DNA of 64,000 nt from an uncultured delta proteobacterium (lineage in GTDB: Bacteria > Desulfobacterota > Binatia > UBA9968), in contig CAVYTU010000015.1 of the NCBI GenBank assembly GCA_963771465.1, positions 256,001 to 320,000 on the forward strand, given 5' to 3'. The notes under the pieces are model-generated. The model worked only from the letters and a program-made list of their open reading frames with translations. It searched no databases and was not told where the DNA came from. Below, one piece after another: positions 38,346 through 50,256 of this stretch; position 1 is the stretch's first letter, and every line of letters begins with the position of its first letter. The position numbers and the translations under genes are program-made.

Positions 38346-39676
38346 GGAAGGCTTTGCTGGCTTACTACAAAATGCGAGATTTGATTTTTTCCCAGGCTGC
38401 ACGTTGATCACAAATGGATAGATCTTGTCCCAGGGCTTTTTGACAAGGTTATGATACTCAGGGACCCGGGATATGACGTAGCTTATTGGAACCTACACAA
38501 TCGCTCGATCCGCGTTTTAGAGGGAAGAGTCGTCGTCAACGGCGGCCCTTGTCGACTTTTTTCATTTCAGCGGATTCGATCCTTCTAATCCTTCCGTATC
38601 TCCAAACATCAGAACCGGTTTTAGTATGAAAGACATTGGCGACGGCGCTCGACTCTTCGAGCAATATAGCGAACTCGTTAATGCGAACGGCTATCAGAAT
38701 TCGCACGGCTGGCCCTATGCATTCGGGTATTTCAACAATGGCGTCAAGATCCCAGACATTGCGCGGCGAATGTATCACCGGTTAGGCAAAGATCGGAGAA
38801 AATTTGGCAACCCATTCGCGACCGAGTCAAAAAACTGTTTCTTGAACTGGCTCAATTCGCCTGCGGACGGGACTGCGCAGTCCGGCGAGTTAGTTGTGGG
38901 CCGAGATTTATTCGACAAGACCGGATGTACAAAACGCGTTTCCTGATCCGTGTGGCCGGGACAATCTGGCATTTCATCGCTGGGTTGTAAGTACCGGAAT
39001 GCACCAACACCAAATCGACGAACGCCTCATTCGCCAGGGGCCGCATTCCGACGTCCCTGTTCCCCTGCAACGATCACCTGTGCGTTTATTACGCAACTCT
39101 ACGTCAACTATATTCGCTCTTGGGGAAGCGGTTCTAAGGACTCCCTTGAAACGTACAATCGGTCGCCACCACCATGTTCGGACCGCGCTCAAGAAAGCGC
39201 GCAACCGATTGATATTTGGCAAGCAGTCTTCTGCGAGTACGCTGAAACATAATCGGGGGATCATTGGTCCGCGCGCCTTCGGAGTCAATCTCGCGGGTCA
39301 TTTTAGATCTGAGAAGGGTGTGGGAGAAGCCGCACGGGCCGCGGCTCGGGCCTTAGAAGCCGCGTCGATTCCGTTCGCCTTAAACGATGTCGTTGAATCT
39401 GGGTCAATCAACCAAGACTCGGGCTTCACAAAATTCACTGACGATAACCCTTACAACGTCAACTTGCTGCATATCAATGCTGACCAGGTTCCAATCGTTG
39501 CTATGCAAAAAGGTAACGACTATTTCAAAGGACGCTACAACATCGGTTGTTGGTTTTGGGAACTTTCGCAATTCCCGGAGGAATGGTATTCAAGTTTCGC
39601 CTACTTCAACGAACTCTGGGCGCCCACTAGCTTGAGCATCGCTTTTGATAGCTTGCAAGCGTTGCCGAACCGCTAA
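38346..39676 (+). pseudogene. Truncated, frameshifted glycosyltransferase (GT domain plus start of GT4 domain)
   Basis: DHKWIDLVPG, RDPGYDVAYWNLH, FHFSGFDP, RPDVQNAFP, GVGEAAR, HINAD and WFWEL motifs spread over several frames; cut at both ends. Confidence 0.75.
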
Positions 39677-39722
39677 CGACCGCGCGCTTCGATTACGGGG
39701 AGCATCAACATAGCTGTTTGAA

Positions 39723-40712
39723 TCAACCTGCGATGAATTGCCGAATTTTTTGCCGAACGAAATCCCAGGTAAACATCGATGTCATTAGCGTGCGAAGGTA
39801 CCCGTTCGATACCCGCCGCCGCGCCTGAATCGTTCGCCGTTTCTTCCACATGACGGGCAGCATCTTCAGCGCATCCCGTTTGGCTCTCAGATAGGGCACC
39901 AATTTCCCGTGCCGCAGGCAGAGATAGCAAAACGAACCGATCTCTTGAAGCAATTTCTCGTGCGCGAATCGGAGCATCAAACCTAGCGGCATATTTTTAA
40001 TCCAGACAAATTCCAAATTGCGTGTGTGATAATAAACATGCGTTTCGCTAAGGCGACCCGAAGTGGCATTGCCCTTGTGATACGCGACCGCGTTCGGCAC
40101 GTAGACGCACTTCCAACCCGCATGCTGCGCCCGAAAGCTCAAGTCCGCGTCTTCGTCGTACAGAAAAAAATCCTCGTCCAGAAAACCGATCTCTTCGATC
40201 ATCCGGTGCCGGTAGAGCACAGCGGCCCCACAAGCACCGAACACCCGACTCGGAGAGGCGAACCCTTCGGCACCTTGATTCAGACCTTGATTAAACCCCA
40301 CAGCCGCCGTGGTTATACCACCGCCCGCACTATCGAAAGATCCATCCGCTTCAAATAGAATCCTTGATGCACAAATGCCCACATTCCGGTCAGCGAGCAT
40401 CGGCTGAATCAGGTTTTCAAGCCATCTCTCGTGAACACGCGTGTCGTTGTTTACGAGCGCTAAATATTCTCCGTTCGCGACCTTGACACCCGCCGCGTTG
40501 CCGCCGGTAAAGCCGGTATTTTCCCTAAGCTCAATTACATTAACCGCGGGGAATCGTTCCTTTACGTAGCTAACAGAGTCATCAGTCGATCCGTTATCGA
40601 CAAAAATGATTTCACGGTTCGCATAGGTCTGGAACAAAAGAGAGCTCAAACAAACTCGTAAATATCTTTCTCCATTCCAGTTGACGATAATAATGCTGAC
40701 TTTTTTGTTCAT
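39723..40712 (-). CDS. Glycosyltransferase family 2 (rhamnosyltransferase-like)
   Basis: IIVNWNG, VDNGSTD, NTGFTGGN, NND, GAAVLYR and FFLYDEDADL motifs. Confidence 0.92.
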   Translation of the reverse strand: MNKKVSIIIVNWNGERYLRVCLSSLLFQTYANREIIFVDNGSTDDSVSYVKERFPAVNVIELRENTGFTGGNAAGVKVANGEYLALVNNDTRVHERWLENLIQPMLADRNVGICASRILFEADGSFDSAGGGITTAAVGFNQGLNQGAEGFASPSRVFGACGAAVLYRHRMIEEIGFLDEDFFLYDEDADLSFRAQHAGWKCVYVPNAVAYHKGNATSGRLSETHVYYHTRNLEFVWIKNMPLGLMLRFAHEKLLQEIGSFCYLCLRHGKLVPYLRAKRDALKMLPVMWKKRRTIQARRRVSNGYLRTLMTSMFTWDFVRQKIRQFIAG

Positions 40713-40991
40713 TCCGAAAGTTATTTTTACTAAACAACCCTATGCCACGCTGTCTAAAACATCTCGACCCCGTGCGACTATGCACTCAGGGCACAATTTG
40801 TTTTACCAGAGAATTAAATGAGTGGTACAACGAACCTGCTCGCAGATTTGGTTAGTCTGGTGACATTGACCCGCTTGTGCTGGACTACTAAGATTTCTCT
40901 CGTAAGTGTCGAAAAAATAGTGATAGGTCATAGTGATTGACTCTGTTGAGATAATTTCAAACAGCTGGCGTACATCGGACGGAACTCGCTA

Positions 40992-41927
40992 TTAACCACT
41001 GGATACCGTCTCCCTGACCCAGACCAAGGTACGTTTAAGACCGTCGTGGAATGTTGTTTTAGGTGCCCAGTGAAGAGCATCTTTAGCGAGGCTAATATCG
41101 AGAACATTCTCCGGCACATCAAAGCTCCTTGAAGGAAGATAACGGCACTTCACGCGTTCGCCGATAAGTTCTTCAATGTCAGCGATTATCTGGTTCAAAC
41201 TTTTGCCGACGCCGGAACCGATATTGAATACTTCGTGCTCTCCCTGGTAATCCATTACGCGGAGAAACGCCTCCACAACATCTGCAATGTAAATATAGTC
41301 CCTCACAACACTACCATCACCCCAAATTTCAATTGTTTCTTTTCGCAACGCCTTGCTCAGAAATACGCTCACAGCTCCTTGCTTTGCCGCCACGCGCTGT
41401 CTCTCACCGTACGGATTGGAGACGCGCAGCACTTTATAATCTAATCCGTGCATTGATTTGAATAGTTTTAGGTACTTTTCTATGGTCAACTTGACGATGC
41501 CGTACGAGACCTCCGGATTCGTCGGGTGGTCTTCCGGAATCGGTATGAGTTTGGGAACACCGTAAATTGTACCTCCGGATGAAATAAACAAAACTTTTTT
41601 GATCCGTTGAGTTACGGCTATGTTTAGCAAGCGCAGCGTTCCGACAAGATTCGTCTCGACATCGTAAATGGGACTTTCATTCGAAGATTTGGGCAACGTA
41701 GTCGAAATTAGGTGAAAAACAATCTGACATCCTGTCACAACCTTTTTTAGATCTTCCTCGTTAGTAAAATCACCCTCACACCATTCGATCCCCTCACGGA
41801 TTGAAGCTGGCGCTGCAATAGCAAGTCTCGGGCGGTCTAAGATTCGCAATTCATGGCCTGCACCCAACAACGCGTCGGTTAGGTGGGATCCGATGAATCC
41901 TCCACCACCAAGGATTAGGCACTTCAC
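40992..41927 (-). CDS. NAD-dependent epimerase/dehydratase
   Basis: GGGGFIGSHL, SSGGTIYG, YGIVK, NPYGERQ and RDYIY motifs. Confidence 0.92.
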   Translation of the reverse strand: MKCLILGGGGFIGSHLTDALLGAGHELRILDRPRLAIAAPASIREGIEWCEGDFTNEEDLKKVVTGCQIVFHLISTTLPKSSNESPIYDVETNLVGTLRLLNIAVTQRIKKVLFISSGGTIYGVPKLIPIPEDHPTNPEVSYGIVKLTIEKYLKLFKSMHGLDYKVLRVSNPYGERQRVAAKQGAVSVFLSKALRKETIEIWGDGSVVRDYIYIADVVEAFLRVMDYQGEHEVFNIGSGVGKSLNQIIADIEELIGERVKCRYLPSRSFDVPENVLDISLAKDALHWAPKTTFHDGLKRTLVWVRETVSSG

Positions 41928-41970
41928 TTGAAAATTCCTCCCTAAAAAACCGAGGCTAAGGGATGTTCCC

Positions 41971-43332
41971 TTAGCGAGTAGCCAGCAGTTCGTCGTAAAC
42001 AGCGCAGAGCTCAGCACCGTACTGTTTGATCGACTTCGGTGGCCGAGCACGCTCTCGAAGTCTGGCGATAAGGCCCGGTTCAACAATCAAGCGTCGCAGA
42101 AGTGTGGCCAATGCACCCACGTCACCCATTGGAAACAAAAGTCCGTTCTCCTCGTGTGCGACCATTTCGGATAATCCTCCTACGTCCGCCACAATAACGG
42201 GACATTTAAACGCCTGGGCCGCGTAGACTACAAGCGGGCTATTCTCGTACCAAACCGAAGGAACCACCAGGACGTCCATCTCTGCAATAACACCGGCGAT
42301 TTCGCTGTTCGGAAATGTACCCAGGAATCGAATTCGAGGATCACTGCCCGATAGTTCGCGCAGTTTGGCGACATAATCGGGAAATTCTTCCAAGGAACCG
42401 TAAATCGTGAGCATTATCGGCTCGTCCTTCAAGCGCCTCACAGCCTCGATCAGGATATGAGCGCCTTTGTGATCGTAAAGCGTTCCGATAAAACCGACAC
42501 GCAAGGCATTTTTCGTAGATTCGAAGCGACGACCGGGCGATTCCCTATGAGAAGGTATATCGATACCATAGGGACAGAACCGTATTGTTTCAGGGTCTAA
42601 CCCGTATTCCACCAGCATTTTCTCCATGAGTTTCGTTGGAACCAATACTCGATCGAGCATATTCAATCTGCTTCGCAAATAATTGGGTCGATTTGCGAGC
42701 GCTTTTACCAGTCGAGGGTACGACCACGGGCCAAATATTCCCATACGACATCCCGCAATTATCGCTGCTAACGCAAAGTATGGGAGTTCCCTCACTCTGG
42801 ACGCGACATGGGGAGGCTGGGTCTGTTCCACCATGTGCCTTAGACAATTCACCCCTGTGCGATCCGGCCCGGCGCAAGGCGAATTGTCACTTAGCCGAAG
42901 TTGACTCATCGGGCACATAAACCAGAAGTCAGTCGCTGTGAAAACCATGGGAATCCCTTCCCCTCGACAAACGTCGATAAGGGATGCCGAAAGCCGTGCC
43001 AAGTGAAAGAAGTGCACGATCTGGGGGTGGAACCGACAGATTAGTTTCTTGAAACACGTCGCGGCGAAGCGGCTTTTGTATTCCGCCTCCATTATATTTG
43101 TCTGTCCACCAATCGCCACGTGAGCGTGATTGAATCGCACGACTTGGAGGCCCTCGTATTCATATTGTTCAATACGAGCGCTGTCCGGAAAGCTCTTCTT
43201 CGCCGGAGAGCCTGTGACAACAAGAACTTCGTGGCCCATATTTTTGAATTCCCGCGCCGTTGAGTAGGTGAGAATCTCGGTTCCTGCCAAGTGCTCAGGA
43301 AGAAACTGGTGTGCGGTGAGTAGGATCTTCAT
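41971..43332 (-). CDS. Glycosyltransferase family 4
   Basis: HQFLPEHLAGTE, TDFWFMCP, HKGAH and PSVWYENSPLV motifs. Confidence 0.9.
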   Translation of the reverse strand: MKILLTAHQFLPEHLAGTEILTYSTAREFKNMGHEVLVVTGSPAKKSFPDSARIEQYEYEGLQVVRFNHAHVAIGGQTNIMEAEYKSRFAATCFKKLICRFHPQIVHFFHLARLSASLIDVCRGEGIPMVFTATDFWFMCPMSQLRLSDNSPCAGPDRTGVNCLRHMVEQTQPPHVASRVRELPYFALAAIIAGCRMGIFGPWSYPRLVKALANRPNYLRSRLNMLDRVLVPTKLMEKMLVEYGLDPETIRFCPYGIDIPSHRESPGRRFESTKNALRVGFIGTLYDHKGAHILIEAVRRLKDEPIMLTIYGSLEEFPDYVAKLRELSGSDPRIRFLGTFPNSEIAGVIAEMDVLVVPSVWYENSPLVVYAAQAFKCPVIVADVGGLSEMVAHEENGLLFPMGDVGALATLLRRLIVEPGLIARLRERARPPKSIKQYGAELCAVYDELLATR

Positions 43333-43549
43333 GCGTACACTTCTCTGCGGAACAATCGGACCGTTCTCCTGTCTGTTGAACAGCAGCGCAATCCCCCCTT
43401 CACAGGAGGCATTGTTCAACTCGGTTCTTTAGGACCCTACTCCAAGGCGTAACCGAGAACGTCTTCAACATACTACGGATTGTCCGATGATAGTGCGTAG
43501 ACCGAGACATGCGTCCGGCGAGACCAAAATCGTTGACAAAACGCCGTAA

Positions 43550-43824
43550 GGCTTCGGCATCTCCAGCCGGGTCTTGTTTCGTAACTTCATGTATGGGCCC
43601 AGGTTAGATGAAACACGACGTTGATCCCGGTTACAGCTTCCTTGACTAGGTAGGCTTGGTTTAAATCGCCCTTAATAAAATGCGCTTCAGACGGTAGGGG
43701 ATCGTACCGCCGTTCATTTAGATCAAGAACAACTGCGTCACAGTCGGCGTTCGACTACCTGATCCACCAAATGCTCGCCGATAAAACCATTGCCTCCGAT
43801 CACCAACACTCTCATATTAGACAT
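43550..43824 (-). pseudogene. 5' remnant of a second NAD-dependent epimerase
   Basis: MSNMRVLVIGGNGFIGEHLVD, then after a frameshift VVLDLN...FIKGDL...VVFHL; truncated; absent from the ORF track. Confidence 0.75.
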
Positions 43825-43827
43825 TGC

Positions 43828-45061
43828 TCAGTTGTCCATCGCGAAGGTTCGATAGGCTACCTCCAACGTATCGACATAACGCTGGAAAGACCATCTTTCG
43901 CGCACGGTGACATTGGCTTGAGCGCTAACCCGGCACCTGAGAGAGTAATCCCGCACCAGCTTTAGGATCGCTTGAGCTAGGGCCTGTGGGTCGCCGGGAG
44001 GCACGAGCAGACCCGTCCGTTCGTGTTCAATTGCCTCTGGATTGCCCCCAGCGGATGTGGAAATGACGGGAATACCACAGGACATCGCTGAGAGCAGCGT
44101 TAATGCAAACGGTTCATCCCAGATGGAAGTAAACAAAAAAATGTCATGGTTGTAAAAAGCGTCGGCAAGTTGTGCGGCCGGTACAAACCCACAATAGCGG
44201 ATCCGATCATTAACCTGTAAATCTGTTGCTAACTGGATCAGATAATTCTTAAAATCTGGCGCTCCGTCACCATACAGGTCAATAACAAAGGTGGTTTCTG
44301 GTGCTAGCTCTTTTAATGCAGCTAAAGCATGGATGGCGATCTGTGCTCCCTTGCCCGCCCATAATTGGCTGGCGTACATAAGTCGTATAGGAGTGCCTAA
44401 CTCAATCTTTTGGTGATGATTGGGCTGGTAAGTTTCCACATCAATGCCCAAGTGGATTACCCGTAACTGCTCCGGCTTGACGCCGCTCTCGATATAAGCG
44501 TTCTTCAGAAAGTGTGAGTTGACAAAAATAGGAACATTTCGGGCCACGCCCCTAAAAATAGGCTGTACAAGAGATTGCAACAAGGCAATGGTTGACGTTT
44601 GCCTAGGTGGAGTATGCCAAAGACCTTGACCGGCAGTCCTCAAACCATAGATTAACCACTTGTCGTTGGCTTGCACCACTGCTTTAGATCTGGCCCGAGC
44701 AGCGGCAATCAATGGCGCCACCGAAATAAGCGAAAAATTGTCAACAATCGTTAAGTCGGGCCTCAGGTGATTTAGGATCCGGACTGCCGCCCGGTAAGTA
44801 GTTGAAATCGAAGATATGCCAACGCATGGACTCATAAAGTGACGGAGTACGTGTTCCTAGAAAACGTTCTCCCATGCGGTCGAGATCAAAGTTTATTGGG
44901 CTCAAATGGTATACATCCCGCGGCAAGTTCTGACCCCGGCCAGTCAGGACATAAACTTCGTGCCCTCGGGCCCGCAGCTCTAAGATTACATTTTGGGCAA
45001 GGATTTCATTGCCACCCATCATGTAAGGTGGATAGAGATTGATCAGCCACGCAATCTTCAT
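43828..45061 (-). CDS. Glycosyltransferase family 4, one frameshift near 44800
   Basis: NLYPPYMMGGNE N-terminus joins TTYRAAVR...SIWDEPFALTLLSAMSCG if one base is removed, giving about 410 aa. Confidence 0.85.
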
Positions 45062-48061
45062 CGCTTGGCCACACGATTAGCTACAAGTTGGCAGTATTGA
45101 CTTAATTTCTCCCCGATGATGGGCCATGCATAAACATTTTCGACGAACTGTCGAGCTTCAGCGGCTATGCTTTCAGCTAGCCGGGGCTTGGTTAATATTT
45201 CAATTACGCTCTCGGCGAATTGAGCCGGATTGTTAGCAACGAGAAGGTGTTTACCAGCTTGAGAATCTAGTCCTTCAGCTCCAATGGACGTTGAGACAAC
45301 GGGTCGCCCGGCCGCCATAGCCTCCAGAACTTTTAGCCGAGTGCCATGTCCAATTCGGAGTGGGACTGCAACTACATTGCTTTGGCTTAAATAGTCGCGC
45401 ATATCAGGGACGCTTCCAGTCACAATGATTTGATCGACGCGAGCGAGACGTTGGATTTTCTCAACTGGATTCTGCCCCACAATTAACAACTTGGTTTTGG
45501 GTAGATGACGCAAAATCAATGGGAACATTTTTTCGACAAACCACACTGCAGCATCAATATTAGCGTAATATGACATCGTCCCATTGAGTAATATGGTAGG
45601 GTCTTGGCTCGTCGGTAGTGGCGTACTTTGGAAATGCGAAATATCGACGCCATTGGGAATCACGGCTAAATCTAGTCTCGGATTTAGTTTCAAATAAGTC
45701 TGGCGTTCTATTTCGGAGACAACCACGCCCCTCTCAAAACGGCGCCATAGTTTGTTTTCGTAAAGTCTAAACCAAAGCCATTCTCTCAGCGCGTTTGCTT
45801 TTTCTTTTCCAAACGGAGCTCTTAAGAAAACATCGCGAAAATACAGATGATCTACTTTTTGACGCATTAAAATACATGGTCTCTGCGATAACGGCCAAGC
45901 ATAAGGAGCTAAAGGAGCCTCGTCAATAAGAATCAAATCTGGTGACTCTCTAGCAACCTTTTGCTGAAATTCTGCTACCGTCTGAGTTGTTGAAAAACCA
46001 GCTACCGCTGCCGGAACCCCTCTGATTATTTTTGACCGGTAGCTTTCTCGGCTGAAAGAGTGACCCAGCTCATATAGAGTAATCGAAGCCATGATGTCGC
46101 GTAAATGAGAAGGAATAGCCGGGGCTTCAAAGAAAGGAACATGGAGATGGACTTCATGATGTTGAGCGAGATAGCGGAGAAGATTATAGCTGCGGTTTTT
46201 ACCCCCACTGTCGGGAGGGTAGGGGATCGTCCAGGTTAGGCAAGCGATTTTCAAAGACGAGTCTGAAAGTCGATATTCTAATTTTTCCCCCGTCAACGTT
46301 TTAGCAAGCAGCTCGTAATCGAGAGACACAGCTTCCGGTGTGTTAAATGGCTCGCTGCCTAACCCGGGCATCTCACCAGGAATAAGGTCGGATCTTGGAG
46401 AATCAGAAGAGACCAGAGCCCTAAGTGCGCCTTTTACAAAACCGTAGGATTGGCGACGTCTCGTTCCGAGAGGAAGAAGCCGATCGCGTAAACCTTGATA
46501 TTTCGCAATCGACATCCATGCCAAGCTATTTTTAATTTCACGGAGCTCGAGCTGTAAGGAGGTTTTTTCACCCAGCTCCCATCGGAACGCACTCTCTAGC
46601 ACTTCAAACTTATTTTCAATTGTGGCAAGCCGTTCTTCTAAGCCCTGAATTTGACACTCCTTGAGAGTGACAGCTTGAGTTAAATTATTCGCGCGGGTCT
46701 CCAGATTCCCAATATGTGTTTCCTTGTCCGCTAAAAGCCTGCTGCAAATTCCTCGTATGAGCTTGCACATTGCTGATGTGATTCTCCAGATTGCCGATAT
46801 GTGTTTCTTTGTCCGCTACAACCTGCTCTAAATTGCTCGCATGAGCTTGCACATTGCTGATGTGAGTCTCCAGATTGCCGATATGTGTTTCTTTGTCCGC
46901 TACAACCTGCTCTAAATTGCTCGCATGAGCTTGCACATTGCCGATGTGAGTCTCCAGATTGCCAATATGGTTTCCCATCTTGCTGATGTGCGCTTCTTTG
47001 TCCGCTAAACCCTGCTGCAAACTTTGCGCGTGAGCCTCCACGTTACCGAGGTGATTCTCCAAATCACTAATGTGGATTCCCCTCTCAGTCGCGTGAGATG
47101 TCAGCGACTGCACTTTTTCAGAAAACGAGTCAACCACTCCGCCAATAACGAGAGCCTCCACTCTCGCCGGAGACCATAGTTTTTCCTGGAATCGTTCAAA
47201 ATTATCTGCTCCATCCGCCGCAAGCAGTAGTTGCTCGAAGATATTTGCCCTAAGATTTTTATCAATTCCCCGCTTCTCGCATTGTTCGTGAACAAGATAA
47301 ATCGTTTTATAAAAGAGATCAGATCGGTTGATCTTCATTAAATAGGGTTTCAGCTGGGTCTGAATGTATGCAATTTCCACTAAGCTGCGGTCAGGATTTT
47401 TATGGGTCACATTGCCGCCGTGAGCGCGATAATATGTCAATTTTTCCGGTAAAACGTGAAAATGACCTCCCGCGATTAGACATCTCACCCAAAATTCATA
47501 ATCTGCCGTATAGGGCAATCTAGGGTTGGTTACACCAACCCGGTCATGGAACGCCTTGCGAATCAACGCTGATGAGTGACAGAGGTGGTTTTGCCAGAGC
47601 CAACTATCGGGCCGGTTCAAATCGATCTCCTGGTTGAACCACATCTGATGCAATCCTTCATCCCCGACTATTTGTCCGCTTGCATCCACTTCATGTACGA
47701 GCGTGCTTAGAATATTAACGTCAGGATGCTCCTCAAGATATTTGACCTGCTTTTCAAGCTTGGTTGGCACAATGTAATCGTCGGAGTCCAGGCTGGTGAA
47801 GTATTTGCCGTGGCAGAGTTTGTAGGCCTCGGCATAAGCCACAGCTCCTCCTCGATTCGTCTCTGAAGTGATGAGAGTGATTCGGGGATCGGTGAAGGAG
47901 CGAATGACTTCTATGGAGTTATCGGTCGAGCCATCGTCGCTGACAATCAGTTCCCAGTTGTCATAAGTTTGGGCCAAGACTGAGCCGATGGTCTGCCCGA
48001 TGTAGTGGGCATAATTATAGGAGGTGACTACAATTGAAACCAGGGGGCTGTCCGAAGTCAT
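45058..48061 (-). CDS. Bifunctional glycosyltransferase: GT2, His-heptad coiled coil, GT4 (frameshift at 46733-46736)
   Basis: GT2 SYNY..DDGSTD..DSDD; heptad repeats continue across the frameshift; GT4 PYPPDSGG, PNGVD and GTRLKVLEAMA; about 1000 aa when joined. Confidence 0.85.
46697..47075 (-). repeat. Coding tandem repeat, 84-bp (28-aa) unit with 21-bp sub-period
   Basis: TCTCCAGATT recurs at 46698, 46783, 46867 and 46951 (spacings 85, 84, 84); encodes ADKETHIGNLETHISNVQAHASNLEQVV. Confidence 0.92.
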
Positions 48062-48077
48062 ATTGAATTTGCTTTTT

Positions 48078-49289
48078 TCACACTCGCGCAGCCACATTTT
48101 CAAATCGCTTATTCACAGCCTTTGCACCTTCGAGGGCTACGCGAATAATTTCGCAGATCACGGCGATATCCGTCGGAGAAACGCTCATGCCCGTCGGCAA
48201 ACAAAGAACGCGCTCGGCGATCTTCTCTGTTTCGGGCAGCAGCAGCGTGGCCTGAGAATAGTACGAGCGATAAGGTTCCATTCGATGGCAGCCTGGATAA
48301 AAGTAACGCCGAGCCAAAACATTCTCCGCCCATAGCACTTGCATGAGCCGATCACGGCTGAGCTGTGTTGCCGCCTCGTCAATTTCCAAGGTGATGTATT
48401 GGTAGTTCCCTCGTTCCGTTTCGTTATGTGGAAAAAGGCGAATCCCTGGTAGGTCGGCCAGTTCGCGCTGGTAACATTTATAGTTGCGATAATTGCCGGC
48501 GATGAATTCCTCTAAACTCTCCAGCCCGGTCAATCCCATGGCTGCCGATATTTCGCTCATCTTGCCGTTTGTGCCCACGTAAACCACCTTGTCATAGCCT
48601 GCGAAGCCAAAGTTTCGCATCAAGCGAACGGTCGCTGCGAGGTTATCGTCATTAGTCACAATGGCTCCGCCTTCGAAGGTGTTCAAAAACTTGGTGGCAT
48701 GGAAGCTAAACACCTCGGCGTCGCCGAAATTACCGATCAGACGCCCTTCATATGAGCATCCAAACGCATGGGCCGCATCAAATAATAATTTGAGTTTGTG
48801 ACGGCGGGCGATATCCGTCAACGCCTTGACGTCACAGCTCTGTCCCCATAAATGCACGCCAATGATGCCACTCGTGCGCGGTGTGATCATTCGCTCTACT
48901 CTGGCGGGATCGAGAGTATGAGTTTGAGCGTCAATATCACAGAAGACAGGCGTAATTTGTTGCCATTGTAGAGCATGGGCCGTTGCAACAAAAGTGAAAG
49001 ATGGGACGATTACCTCACCCGCCAAGCCGCTAGCTCGAATGGCAATTTCCAGCGCGACCGTGCCGTTACAGATAGAAATGCAATGCCTGACTCCCAGTAC
49101 GTTCGCGACGCGATCCTCGAACTCTTGCTCAAACGGCCCCCCATTGGTGAGCCACTTGTTATCTAGCAGTTGGTTGATCCTTTTCAACAGATGCTCTCGA
49201 TTGCCGATATTAGGACGGCCCACGTGGAGCTTCTCTTTAAAGGCTGGTAGACCTCCACAAATGGCTAATTCATTCAGAGAGACTTTCAT
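48078..49289 (-). CDS. DegT/DnrJ/EryC1 family sugar aminotransferase (VioA/DesI-like)
   Basis: WLTNGGP, CNGTVAL, PSFTFVAT, DAAHAFG, SFHATK and NGKMSE motifs. Confidence 0.9.
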   Translation of the reverse strand: MKVSLNELAICGGLPAFKEKLHVGRPNIGNREHLLKRINQLLDNKWLTNGGPFEQEFEDRVANVLGVRHCISICNGTVALEIAIRASGLAGEVIVPSFTFVATAHALQWQQITPVFCDIDAQTHTLDPARVERMITPRTSGIIGVHLWGQSCDVKALTDIARRHKLKLLFDAAHAFGCSYEGRLIGNFGDAEVFSFHATKFLNTFEGGAIVTNDDNLAATVRLMRNFGFAGYDKVVYVGTNGKMSEISAAMGLTGLESLEEFIAGNYRNYKCYQRELADLPGIRLFPHNETERGNYQYITLEIDEAATQLSRDRLMQVLWAENVLARRYFYPGCHRMEPYRSYYSQATLLLPETEKIAERVLCLPTGMSVSPTDIAVICEIIRVALEGAKAVNKRFENVAARV

Positions 49290-49299
49290 GAGTACTCAA

Positions 49300-50235
49300 T
49301 TAAGTCTGAGCGAGAACAGCGTAACCAAAGCCCGACTTACCAAATCCATTGCCATTGTAGAAGAGATAATTTCGCCCATGATGTTCGTGCAGAAAACAGT
49401 ACTCGATCATTTCCGAGTCCCAGCCACTGTCTGATCTAGCGATTCCCACTTCGCTGTCTTTTCTCGTCCAATCGAGCCCATCGGTCGACTCAGCATAGCC
49501 GAGTCGATAACTCTGCTTTGGATCCGTACGATAGCTGATTGCGCTGCGATAGGAAAAAAACAACTTATACAAGCCATTGTCCAGATAAACACACGGGCGA
49601 CCAATACCGTCGGTAAAGGCATCATAATCTACGCAGACCCGTCCTGACTTTAGCCAATGAACGCCGTCCCCCGACTCGGCATACCTCACGTGGTAGAACG
49701 GTTCAGGCCACCCTTTGACGATTTCCCATTTGGTGCATGACACATACCACATTCGCCAGAGGTTCCGTTCCACCACCACACAGGGCGCTGTGTTAAAATA
49801 TGGCTCGTCTAATGCCCGATCACAGATTGGTCCCTCAGAATATTTGTGATAACTCCGTCCGTTATCTTCGCTAATCGCTAACCCGATTGACATCCGATAA
49901 GAAACGGTTACCTGGCGGTTCCAACCGATGTAGTACAGATATTTCCTATTGTTGTGGTTGACGATCCATGATGGCATCACGCCATCGTCATCGAAGGTAC
50001 CGAGCTTACCCAACGGTAGGACGGGTTTGTTGTGGGTGTACAGTATGTTTTGAGGATTATCAGGCTCAACCTCAATATACGCCGGTAATGAACGTCCCTG
50101 TTTATCCCGGGTACCGAAATAAATTCTCAACCGGTCATTGCCAACCTTGTCGGCAATCGGAATTGATGCATGCGAAATCATCCAGTCGAAATTGTTGTCA
50201 GGGGCAAAAATGAGACCCTTTTTGATCCACCTCAT
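49300..50235 (-). CDS. Five-bladed beta-propeller glycosidase-like protein (GH32/43/130 clan-like), no signal peptide
   Basis: Repeated IGLAISED, VRYAESGDG.HW and LGYAESTDG.DW blades; YNGNGFGKSGFGYA C-terminus. Confidence 0.65.
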   Translation of the reverse strand: MRWIKKGLIFAPDNNFDWMISHASIPIADKVGNDRLRIYFGTRDKQGRSLPAYIEVEPDNPQNILYTHNKPVLPLGKLGTFDDDGVMPSWIVNHNNRKYLYYIGWNRQVTVSYRMSIGLAISEDNGRSYHKYSEGPICDRALDEPYFNTAPCVVVERNLWRMWYVSCTKWEIVKGWPEPFYHVRYAESGDGVHWLKSGRVCVDYDAFTDGIGRPCVYLDNGLYKLFFSYRSAISYRTDPKQSYRLGYAESTDGLDWTRKDSEVGIARSDSGWDSEMIEYCFLHEHHGRNYLFYNGNGFGKSGFGYAVLAQT

Positions 50236-50256
50236 CGAAGCTTCGCCTTAGTAGCT

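Noticed and set aside
46697-47075. Possible CRISPR-like array
   Set aside because: Units are contiguous with no unique spacers, are multiples of 3 and encode a coiled coil; no cas genes are present
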